Assembly: GCF_001457595.1 (NCBI RefSeq)
Contig: NZ_LN831039.1
Location: 2,430,001 to 2,462,000, forward strand
Source of the DNA: Mycolicibacterium smegmatis
GTDB taxonomy: Bacteria > Actinomycetota > Actinomycetes > Mycobacteriales > Mycobacteriaceae
Direction: 5' to 3'
DNA: 32,000 nucleotides
How positions within the stretch are numbered: the stretch's first letter is position 1; each line of letters starts with the position of its first letter. This document shows, piece by piece, positions 16,474 to 23,957 of the stretch. The notes below the pieces were generated by a model. The model was not told the origin of the DNA and did no database searches. It saw only the letters and a list, made by a program, of their open reading frames with translations. A program made the position numbers and the translations under genes.

Positions 16474-17658
16474 CTAGCGGTTTCCCCAGTGCCACGACGG
16501 CGTCGAGAGCAGGCCCTGCCCGGTCACCTTGGTCTCGCCCCACTGCTTGTACAACTCGATCTCGACGGCGCCACCCGGACCATCGTCGCCGATCGGGGTG
16601 GTGTCGAGGAACTCCAGCAGCGCACGCGAGTGCGTGACCACCACGACCTGCGTCCGGGTGGCCGCGGTGCGGATCAGCGACGCCAGCGGACGCACGAGGT
16701 CGGGATGCAGTGACGTCTCCGGTTCGTTGAGCACCATGAGCGACGGTGGGCTCGGGCTCAGCAATGCGGCCGCCCACAGCAGGAAACGCAGTGTGCCGTC
16801 GGACAGTTCGGCAGCCCGTAGCGGACGCAGCATGCCGCGCTGGTGCAGTTGCAGGTCGAACAGGCCGTCGCTGGCCGCGACGGACACCCTGGCGCCGTCG
16901 AACGCGTCGGCCACGGCCCGCTGCAGGTCGTCGAGGCCCGCTTCGATGATGGTCTGCACGGCTGCCGCCAGATCGGAGCCGTCGTCGGACAACACCGGGG
17001 TGCGGGTGCCGACGTGCGGGTGGCGGGCGGGAGCGCCCGCATCCACGCGGAAACCGTCGTAGAAACGCCAGTCGCGCAGGCGTTCTGAGACCGCGGACGA
17101 CTCGGGCAGCGCGTGGGGATGGGCGTACTCGGCGAGCACGCTGCGATACGGCGGCAGTGATCGGCTCAGTTCGTCGAAGCCGCGCCCGGATTCCGCGGCG
17201 GCCTCGGCGTACTCCCTGGTGCGCCGTACCAGCGTCGAACTCGGGCGCAGCACCGGACCGGCGAAGACCACCTCGCGCTTGATCTCGGGGTCGAGCGTGA
17301 ACGCCGACGGGGTGCCGCCGGCAGGCGCACCCGCCATCTGCGGCAGGCCGAGATCGACCAGATAGCCGAAGTCGTCTGCCGCGAAGCCCATTTCGAGCGA
17401 GACCGGCCGCGTGCGGGTGGTGCCCGTGGCCTGTTCGGCCGGGCGCTCGGGCCCTGCCCACAGCACCGACTGCAGGCCGCCTTCGCGTGCGAGTGAGCCG
17501 ATCACCTGCCCGCGCCCGCAGTCGGCCAGCAGCCGCAGGGCACGGTAGACCGAGGACTTCCCGGTGCCGTTGGCGCCGGTGATCACCGTGAGCTCGGTCA
17601 ACGGCAGGACCACCTCGCGCAGCGCGCGGTAACCGCGGATGGCGACGGTCTGCAGCAT
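16474..17658 (-). CDS. ABC-type/SMC-RecF-like AAA ATPase (AAA_15/AAA_21-like), no fused or adjacent nuclease
   Basis: Walker A GANGTGKS at residues 28-35. ABC signature-like AELSDGTLRF. Walker B/D-loop LMVLNEPETSLHP. H-loop VVVTHS. The ATG lies 10 nt after the dinB2 stop. Confidence 0.8.
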   Translation of the reverse strand: MLQTVAIRGYRALREVVLPLTELTVITGANGTGKSSVYRALRLLADCGRGQVIGSLAREGGLQSVLWAGPERPAEQATGTTRTRPVSLEMGFAADDFGYLVDLGLPQMAGAPAGGTPSAFTLDPEIKREVVFAGPVLRPSSTLVRRTREYAEAAAESGRGFDELSRSLPPYRSVLAEYAHPHALPESSAVSERLRDWRFYDGFRVDAGAPARHPHVGTRTPVLSDDGSDLAAAVQTIIEAGLDDLQRAVADAFDGARVSVAASDGLFDLQLHQRGMLRPLRAAELSDGTLRFLLWAAALLSPSPPSLMVLNEPETSLHPDLVRPLASLIRTAATRTQVVVVTHSRALLEFLDTTPIGDDGPGGAVEIELYKQWGETKVTGQGLLSTPSWHWGNR

Positions 17659-17668
17659 GGCGTCGAGA

Positions 17669-18739
17669 TTATGTTCCGGTGCCGACAGTCGGCGCCGCCA
17701 CGTCGTCCATCGCGAGTTCCAGCCGCACCCCGAGCAGCCGTACCGGACGGTCGAGTTCGAACTGGTCCAGCACCGCCAGTGCCGTGGCGACGATCTGATC
17801 GGCGTCGGTGCCCGGCGTGGGCAGCTTGCGGATCTTGGTGCGGGTGTAGAAGGTGCTGGTGCGCACCGTGACCGCGACGCGGGTGACGGTGCGGCCCTGC
17901 TCGACGATCTCGGTCAGCGTCTGCAGCGCGAGATCACGGACGGCCGAGTCGATCTCGCGGCGGTCGGTCAGATCCTGCGGGAACGTCACCACGTGGCTGC
18001 GGGAGCGGGGGATCCACGGTTCGGAGCTGACCTCGGTGTCGCCACCGCCCTTGGCGAGCAGAAGGATCCACAACCCGGTGCTCGGGCCGAACGCGGCCGT
18101 CAGCACCGATGCGTCCGTCGCGGCCAGGTCGGCGACCGTCGTGATCCCCATCGCGGCAAGCTTCTTCGTCGTCTTGGGCCCGATGCCCCACAGCGCGTCG
18201 GGCGGTCGGTCGCCCATCACGGTCATCCAGTTGGCCTCGGTCAGCACGTAGATGCCCGCGGGTTTGGCGAATCCGGTGGCGACCTTGGCGCGCTGCTTGT
18301 TGTCGCTGATCCCCACCGAGCAGGACAGTCCCGTCTCGGCCGCGACCACGGTGCGGATGCGCTCGGCCAGCTCGACGGGGTCGGCGTCCGGCTCGAGGTC
18401 GGCGCCCAGGTAGGCCTCGTCCCAGCCCCACACCTCAAGCGGGTGTCCTAGGTCGCGCAGCAGGCCCATGACCTGTTCGGAGGCCTCGTCGTAGGCGGCC
18501 GGATCCGACGGGAGGAAGGTGGCGTCGGGGCAGCGCCGGGCCGCGGCCCGCAGCGGCATCCCGGCGTGCACGCCGAACTCGCGCGCCTCGTACGAGGCGC
18601 AGGTGACGACCTTGCGCGGCTCGGTGGGGTCCCCGCTGCCGCCGACGATGACCGGCAGGCCGCGCAGATCGGGGCGACGACGCAGTTCCACCGACGCCAG
18701 GAACTGGTCGAGGTCGACGTGGAGCACCCAACTGGTCAT
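17669..18739 (-). CDS. dinB2: DNA polymerase IV paralogue DinB2 (Y-family)
   Basis: MTSWVLHVDLDQFLASVELRRRPDLRG... is near-identical to M. tuberculosis DinP/Rv3056 as I recall it. Catalytic HVDLD and SVGIS.NK motifs are present. Position 14 is Leu rather than an aromatic steric gate. The ATG at 18739 is 4 nt after the TetR stop. The ORF-track GTG at 18754 is less likely. Confidence 0.9.
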   Translation of the reverse strand: MTSWVLHVDLDQFLASVELRRRPDLRGLPVIVGGSGDPTEPRKVVTCASYEAREFGVHAGMPLRAAARRCPDATFLPSDPAAYDEASEQVMGLLRDLGHPLEVWGWDEAYLGADLEPDADPVELAERIRTVVAAETGLSCSVGISDNKQRAKVATGFAKPAGIYVLTEANWMTVMGDRPPDALWGIGPKTTKKLAAMGITTVADLAATDASVLTAAFGPSTGLWILLLAKGGGDTEVSSEPWIPRSRSHVVTFPQDLTDRREIDSAVRDLALQTLTEIVEQGRTVTRVAVTVRTSTFYTRTKIRKLPTPGTDADQIVATALAVLDQFELDRPVRLLGVRLELAMDDVAAPTVGTGT

Positions 18740-18743
18740 CGCG

Positions 18744-19358
18744 CTAGTGGCCACACAGCTTTCGGGCGACGTCGGCCCAGGCGGCGGCCTGGACCTCGCA
18801 GCTGCGTCCGCGTTCGAGTTGATAGGCGACGTAGTCGGCGTCGAGCAGGGCGACGAGCGCGTCGGCCTGTGCGTCGAGGTCGCCCGTGGTCCCCGCGGCC
18901 TGCAGCAGCATCCGGACGTGGGACCGGTGCAGCGTGTCCGGCCCGCCGAAGCGTGCCTGCGGATCGCGCGCGGCGTCGGAGAGCAGTGCGTGGTGCTCGC
19001 GGACGAACTTCATCCGTTCGCGGCCGTAGGCGAGCAGACGGTCGAGGGGAGGGGCCCCGGGACCGAGCGGCGGCGGCCCGAAGATGAACGCGTCCTGGTG
19101 GGCCTTCTCGTCCTCGTCGAGCAGCACCATCATCAGCCCGGCGCGGGTGCCGAAGCGGCGGAACAGGGTGCCCTTGCCGACGCCGGCCTCGACGGCGATG
19201 TCGTCGGTGCTCACGGCGTCGGGTCCGCGCTCGGCGATGAGCCGGCGCGCCGCGTCGAGGATCGCGGCCCGGTTCCGGGCGGCGTCGCCGCGCTCCTGCG
19301 GCGCGCGGTCGGTGACCTCGAGCCGGACGGAGCGGTCAGTGGCTGCCACGACAGCCAC
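18744..19358 (-). CDS. TetR-family transcriptional regulator (first gene of the dinB2 operon)
   Basis: HTH PDAVSTDDIAVEAGVGKGTLFRRFGTRAGL. GTG at 19358. GTG at 19349 is an alternative start and has a better-spaced AAGGTGG SD. Confidence 0.85.
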   Translation of the reverse strand: MAVVAATDRSVRLEVTDRAPQERGDAARNRAAILDAARRLIAERGPDAVSTDDIAVEAGVGKGTLFRRFGTRAGLMMVLLDEDEKAHQDAFIFGPPPLGPGAPPLDRLLAYGRERMKFVREHHALLSDAARDPQARFGGPDTLHRSHVRMLLQAAGTTGDLDAQADALVALLDADYVAYQLERGRSCEVQAAAWADVARKLCGH

Positions 19359-19361
19359 CTT

Positions 19362-19381
19362 ATCTGTGAATTTCTGTGAAT
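19362..19381. promoter_or_regulatory. Tandem decamer ATCTGTGAAT / TTCTGTGAAT immediately upstream of the tetR start (candidate operator)
   Basis: 9 of 10 identical with a 10-bp period. Further GAAT copies are at 19394-19401. Lies in the divergent region between tetR-dinB2 and the FMN reductase gene. Confidence 0.4.
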
Positions 19382-19465
19382 CCGGCCGAGTGGGAATGAA
19401 TCGGACTGCGGTCCGGTTGATCGGGGACGAAACCCGACCACAAGAATCTCATGAAAGGACGGCTC

Positions 19466-20029
19466 ATGGCCGAAATCAAGGTGTTGGTACTCGTCGGCAG
19501 CCTCCGGGCGGCGTCCATCAACCGCCAACTCGCCGAACTGGCAGTCGAGACCGCGCCCGACGGTGTGGACCTGCAGGTGTTCGACCGGCTGGCCGAGGTG
19601 CCGTTCTACAACGAAGACATCGACACCGCTGATGTGCCCGAGCCGGCCGCGGCGCTGCGTGCCGCGGCGGTCGAGGCGGACGCAGCCCTGCTCGTCACCC
19701 CCGAGTACAACGCCACCATCCCCGCCGTCCTCAAGAACGCCATCGACTGGCTGTCGCGGCCGTACGGCAGTGGCGCGCTGCACGGCAAGCCGGCCGCCGT
19801 GATCGGCGCCGCGCACGGGCGCTACGGCGGTGTGTGGGCGCACGACGAGACCCGCAAGTCGCTGGGCGTCGCAGGCCCGCGCGTGGTCGAGGACGTCAAG
19901 CTGTCGATCGCAGCGTCGACGCTGGACGACAAGCACCCGCGCGAGAACGCCGAGGTGACCGTGAGTGTCCGGGAAGCCGTCGCCAAGCTTGTGGCGGCCG
20001 TCGCCGAGGTGCCCGCCGGGGTCGCCTGA
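19466..20029 (+). CDS. NADPH-dependent FMN reductase family protein
   Basis: IKVLVLVGSLRAASINRQLA and TPEYNATIPAVLKNAIDWLSRP are typical of the family. GAAAGGA SD lies 6 nt upstream of the ATG at 19466, which is preferred to 19451. Confidence 0.85.
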   Translation: MAEIKVLVLVGSLRAASINRQLAELAVETAPDGVDLQVFDRLAEVPFYNEDIDTADVPEPAAALRAAAVEADAALLVTPEYNATIPAVLKNAIDWLSRPYGSGALHGKPAAVIGAAHGRYGGVWAHDETRKSLGVAGPRVVEDVKLSIAASTLDDKHPRENAEVTVSVREAVAKLVAAVAEVPAGVA

Positions 20030-20054
20030 CACCTTCTCCCACGTTTTCTCTCCA

Positions 20055-20099
20055 AGCCGCCGGCGCGGGTCCGAACGACCCCGCCGGCGGCTTTGCTGT
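20055..20099 (+). terminator. Intrinsic-terminator-like hairpin after the FMN reductase gene
   Basis: Perfect 11-bp stem AGCCGCCGGCG (20055-20065) with CGCCGGCGGCT (20082-20092), plus an inner GGGT/ACCC pairing. Followed by TTTGCTGT. Confidence 0.55.
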
Positions 20100-20121
20100 C
20101 CGGGGGTCGCGTTCCGGCGAC

Positions 20122-20144
20122 TTGTCGGTGGTCGGTGCTACATA
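20122..20144 (+). promoter_or_regulatory. RecA-NDp/PafBC-like promoter motif TTGTCGGTG-8nt-TACATA
   Basis: Matches the remembered consensus tTGTCRgtg-8nt-TAnnnT except for the last base of the -10 (A instead of T). The GTCGGTG core is tandemly duplicated (20124-20137). Confidence 0.25.
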
Positions 20145-20241
20145 TGGGGGTGGAACGCGACACGCCCCCGCGGGCGTGACACGACACGCCGGAGAAGTTG
20201 GCCGGAGCAAGCTTACGACCTGGGAATTTCAGAAATGTTAT

Positions 20242-20289
20242 TCAGAACATCTTGTATGGCTTCTTCTGTGGGGCCACTAGGTGTAGTGT
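20242..20289 (+). promoter_or_regulatory. Tandem NrdR boxes upstream of nrdH
   Basis: Box 1 is TCAGAACATCTTGTAT (20242-20257, 11 of 16). Box 2 is CCACTAGGTGTAGTGT (20274-20289, 12 of 16, arms CACTA/TAGTG). Both are scored against the remembered consensus acaCwAtATaTwGtgt. Start-to-start spacing is 32 bp. They sit in the only AT-rich patch of this intergenic region. TAGTGT inside box 2 is a TANNNT -10 candidate. Confidence 0.55.
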
Positions 20290-20502
20290 CTGAGAGACCG
20301 ACAGGCCACCACAGTTCGGGAGCCCGCCGGAGCGCAGCGAACCCGGCCGAGTCGGTTTCCGAACCGGCCGGATGGCTGGCCCGGATGGCAGGAATTTTGG
20401 CGGCCCGCGGGTCGCTGAACTTCAGCGAGAAGCAGTAACCGTACCAGTTGCCAGTCACTGTCCAGATTCCTTTCACTCACCGCAAGAGGAGCCGTGCCGA
20501 AG

Positions 20503-20742
20503 ATGACCGTCACCGTGTACACCAAGCCCGCATGCGTGCAGTGCAACGCCACCTACAAGGCGCTGGACAAGCTGGGCATCGCCTACGAGACGGTCGACAT
20601 CACCGTCGACAGCGAGGCCCGTGACTACGTCATGGCGCTCGGCTACCTGCAGGCACCGGTCGTGGTGGCCGGCAACGAGCACTGGTCGGGCTTCCGCCCC
20701 GACCGCATCAAGGCACTCAGCGCCGCGACGATCAGCGCGTAA
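20503..20742 (+). CDS. nrdH: NrdH glutaredoxin-like redoxin
   Basis: [22 protein letters not shown]... contains the CVQC redox motif and WSGFRP. Near-identical to M. tuberculosis NrdH as I recall it. AAGAGGAG SD lies 11 nt upstream of the ATG at 20503. GTG at 20494 is too close to the SD. Confidence 0.95.
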   Translation: MTVTVYTKPACVQCNATYKALDKLGIAYETVDITVDSEARDYVMALGYLQAPVVVAGNEHWSGFRPDRIKALSAATISA

Positions 20743-20777
20743 CGACGACAGGACGGACAACGGGGGAGGGGATCGCG

Positions 20778-21221
20778 ATGAGCAACCTCGTCTATTTCTC
20801 CAGCGTCTCGGAAAACACGCATCGTTTCGTCCAGAAGCTGGGGATCCCCGCGATCCGCATCCCACTGCACGAGCGCATCGAGGTCGATGAGCCCTACGTG
20901 CTGGTGGTCCCCACCTACGGCGGTGGGCGGACCACCCCGGACATCAACGCTGGGGGCTACGTCCCCAAGCAGGTCATCGCGTTCCTCAACAACGAACACA
21001 ACCGGTCGTTGATCCGCGGCGTCATCGCCGCGGGCAACAACAACTTCGGTGCGGAGTTCGCCTATGCGGGCAATGTGATCGCGCGCAAGTGTGGCGTGCC
21101 GTACCTGTATCGCTTCGAACTGATGGGTACCCCGGACGATGTGGAAGCCGTCCGGGCAGGTTTGAAAGACTTCTGGAAGGAACAGACGTGCCACCCACCG
21201 TCACAGCTGCAGAGCCTGTAA
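20778..21221 (+). CDS. nrdI: NrdI flavodoxin-like class Ib RNR assembly protein
   Basis: [25 protein letters not shown] and NNNFG motifs. GGGGAGGGG SD is present. Confidence 0.95.
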
Positions 21222-23356
21222 CCACCACCGGGCACGTGTTGCCGGGGGAGGCGGATTACCACGCGCTCAACGCGATGCTGAATCTGTACGACGCCGACGG
21301 CAAGATTCAGTTCGAAAAGGACAGGGAAGCCGCCAAGCAGTACTTCCTGCAGCACGTCAACCAGAACACGGTCTTCTTCCACAGCCAGGACGAGAAGCTC
21401 GACTACCTGATCGAGAACGAGTACTACGAGCGCGAGGTGCTCGACCAGTACTCCCGCGACTTCATCAAGAGCCTGCTGGACCGCGCGTACGCCAAGAAGT
21501 TTCGGTTCCCCACGTTCCTCGGTGCGTTCAAGTACTACACGTCCTACACGCTGAAGACCTTCGACGGTAAGCGCTACCTGGAGCGTTTCGAGGACCGCGT
21601 CGTCATGGTCGCGTTGACCCTGGCCGCAGGCGACACCGAACTCGCCGAGAAACTCGTCGACGAGATCATCGACGGCCGGTTCCAGCCGGCCACCCCCACG
21701 TTCCTCAACTCGGGCAAGAAGCAGCGCGGCGAGCCGGTGTCCTGCTTCCTGTTGCGCATCGAGGACAACATGGAGTCCATCGGGCGTTCCATCAACTCGG
21801 CGCTGCAGCTGTCCAAGCGCGGCGGCGGAGTCGCGCTGCTGCTGAGCAACATCCGCGAGCACGGCGCGCCCATCAAGAACATCGAGAACCAGAGCTCGGG
21901 CGTCATCCCCATCATGAAGCTGCTGGAGGACTCGTTCTCCTACGCCAATCAGCTGGGTGCCCGTCAGGGCGCGGGCGCGGTGTACCTGCACGCCCACCAC
22001 CCCGACATCTACCGGTTCCTGGACACCAAGCGCGAGAACGCCGACGAGAAGATCCGGATCAAGACGCTCTCGCTGGGTGTCGTGATCCCCGACATCACCT
22101 TCGAGCTGGCCAAGAAGAACGAGGACATGTACCTGTTCTCGCCGTACGACGTCGAGCGCGTCTACGGGGTGCCGTTCGCCGACGTCTCGGTCACCGAGAA
22201 GTACTACGAGATGGTCGACGACGCGCGGATCCGCAAGACCAAGATCAACGCGCGCGAGTTCTTCCAGACGCTGGCCGAGCTGCAGTTCGAATCGGGCTAC
22301 CCGTACATCATGTTCGAGGACACCGTGAACCGGTCCAACCCGATCGCGGGCAAGATCACGCACTCGAACCTGTGCTCGGAGATCCTGCAGGTCTCCACGC
22401 CGTCGGAGTTCAACGACGACCTGTCCTACGCCAAGGTGGGCAAGGACATCTCCTGCAACCTCGGCTCGCTCAACATCGCCAAGGCCATGGACTCGCCGGA
22501 CTTCGCGCAGACCATCGAGGTGGCGATCCGTGCGCTCACCGCGGTGAGCGATCAGACCCACATCACGTCCGTGCCGTCGATCGAGCAGGGCAACAACGAT
22601 TCCCACGCCATCGGCCTGGGGCAGATGAACCTGCACGGATACCTTGCGCGGGAACGCATCTACTACGGTTCCGAAGAGGGCATCGACTTCACGAACATCT
22701 ACTTCTACACGGTGCTGTTCCACGCGCTGCGCGCGTCGAACAAGATCGCGATCGAGCGCGGGACGCACTTCAAGGGATTCGAGAAGTCCAAGTACGCCTC
22801 GGGCGAGTTCTTCGACAAGTACACCGATCAGGTGTGGGAGCCCAAGACCGACAAGGTGCGCCGGCTGTTCGCCGACGCCGATATCCACATCCCCACGCAG
22901 GACGACTGGAAGCAGTTGAAGGAGTCGGTGCAGAAGCACGGCATCTACAACCAGAACCTGCAGGCCGTCCCGCCGACGGGGTCGATCTCCTACATCAACC
23001 ACTCGACGTCGTCGATCCACCCGGTCGCGTCGAAGATCGAGATCCGCAAGGAAGGCAAGATCGGTCGCGTCTACTACCCGGCGCCGTACATGACCAACGA
23101 CAACCTGGACTACTACCAGGACGCGTATGAGATCGGGTACGAGAAGATCATCGACACCTACGCCGCGGCCACCCAGCACGTGGACCAGGGTCTGAGCCTG
23201 ACGTTGTTCTTCAAGGACACCGCCACCACGCGTGACGTGAACAAGGCCCAGATCTACGCATGGCGCAAGGGCATCAAGACGCTCTACTACATCCGCCTGC
23301 GCCAGATGGCCTTGGAGGGAACCGAAGTCGAGGGTTGCGTCAGCTGCATGCTGTGA
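21188..23356 (+). CDS. nrdE: Class Ib ribonucleotide reductase alpha subunit
   Basis: Collinear with M. tuberculosis NrdE as recalled, including NLCSEI (active-site Cys) and the C-terminal [11 protein letters not shown] at 21188 (VPPTVTA..., GGAAGGA SD) overlaps the nrdI 3' end by 34 nt. The ORF-track start at 21089 is an in-frame artefact. Confidence 0.95.
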
Positions 23357-23371
23357 CGCGCTGAGTTTTTC

Positions 23372-23528
23372 GCCGAGAGTGCGGTTTCATACGTGACACG
23401 CCGAGTGTCGCGGATGGGACCGCACTTTCGCGTTGAGCGGGCGCGGCTTGAGTGCCGTACTGACGTTCTCTGATGCCGAGCGTGCGTTCTCATACGCGTT
23501 CGGCGGCGTGTTGCGTATGAAACCGCAC
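23372..23528. repeat. Composite repeat cluster between convergent nrdE and the next gene
   Basis: Three direct GCCGAG-headed units start at 23372, 23400 and 23475. Units A (23372-23395) and C (23475-23498) match at 20 of 24 positions. An inverted copy lies at 23514-23528. A 25-bp long-range helix forms between 23379-23403 and 23504-23528 (23 Watson-Crick pairs plus 2 G.U). Confidence 0.65.
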
Positions 23529-23542
23529 GGTCGGCGGGGGTT

Positions 23543-23929
23543 TCAGTGCTCGCGGGACTGCTCTGCCCGCTGTGCCTTGCGTTCACGCTCCTCGCGCAGC
23601 ACCTCCTGGTAGCTCTCGCGCTCGGCTGCGAGCCACTCCGGGGCCTCGGCGATGATCTGGTTGATCTCCTCGGTGGTGAGGGCATCGCCGACGCCGTTGC
23701 GGGCGAGTGCGGCGATCGAGATGCCGAGCTTGGCTGCGACGAGGTTCTTGGGGTGCGGGCCGTTCTTGCGCAGATCCTGCAGCCACTGCGGCGGGTCGGC
23801 CTGCAGTGCGGCGAGTTCCTCGCGGGTGATCGCGCTCTGTTGGAACTCCGCAGGCGTCGCGGGCAAATACACGTCCAGCTTCTTCGCCGCGGTGGCGGGT
23901 TTCATGGACTGCGCGTTCGGCCTGCTCAT
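23543..23929 (-). CDS. Conserved actinobacterial hypothetical protein (possibly DUF5997-like; family name from memory, unverified)
   Basis: 128-aa ORF MSRPNAQSMKPATAAKKLDVYLPATPAEF...PPQWLQDLRKNGPHP...ends in a charged helical tail. Third-position GC looks good. The ATG at 23929 has TAGGCT 6 nt upstream, which predicts a leaderless transcript. Confidence 0.7.
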   Translation of the reverse strand: MSRPNAQSMKPATAAKKLDVYLPATPAEFQQSAITREELAALQADPPQWLQDLRKNGPHPKNLVAAKLGISIAALARNGVGDALTTEEINQIIAEAPEWLAAERESYQEVLREERERKAQRAEQSREH

Positions 23930-23935
23930 GGATCC

Positions 23936-23951
23936 AGCCTATCGGTAGCCT
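23936..23951. promoter_or_regulatory. Back-to-back -10 elements AGCCTA-TCGG-TAGCCT for two divergent leaderless genes
   Basis: TAGCCT (23946-23951) lies 6 nt before GTG 23958 on the plus strand. TAGGCT (complement of 23936-23941) lies 6 nt before ATG 23929 on the minus strand. Confidence 0.4.
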
Positions 23952-23957
23952 GAGGCG

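Noticed and set aside
20135-20150. Third NrdR-like 16-mer GTGCTACATATGGGGG.
   Set aside because: It matches only about 9 of 16 consensus positions and has no partner box at the expected 31-32 bp spacing. It overlaps the PafBC-like motif, which explains the TACATA better.
20213-20476. 87-aa minus-strand ORF inside the nrdH upstream region.
   Set aside because: It has no SD, mixed third-position composition (AT-ending codons at both ends), and no recognisable motifs. It lies antisense to the NrdR boxes and nrdH leader, so it is probably non-coding.
20290-20502. Possible cobalamin or other known riboswitch in the long nrdH leader.
   Set aside because: I could not find the B12-box core (GCCACTG in its conserved context) or other signature motifs of the cobalamin, SAM, TPP, FMN, glycine or ydaO classes. 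The only resemblance is gccagtcactg at about 20450, which is weak. A covariance-model scan would be needed to be sure.
23379-23528. Interpretation of the nrdE-downstream element as a bona fide MITE or IS remnant.
   Set aside because: It has 25-bp terminal inverted repeats, but I see no flanking target-site duplication and no transposase remnant. It is kept as a repeat or structure finding rather than called a mobile element.
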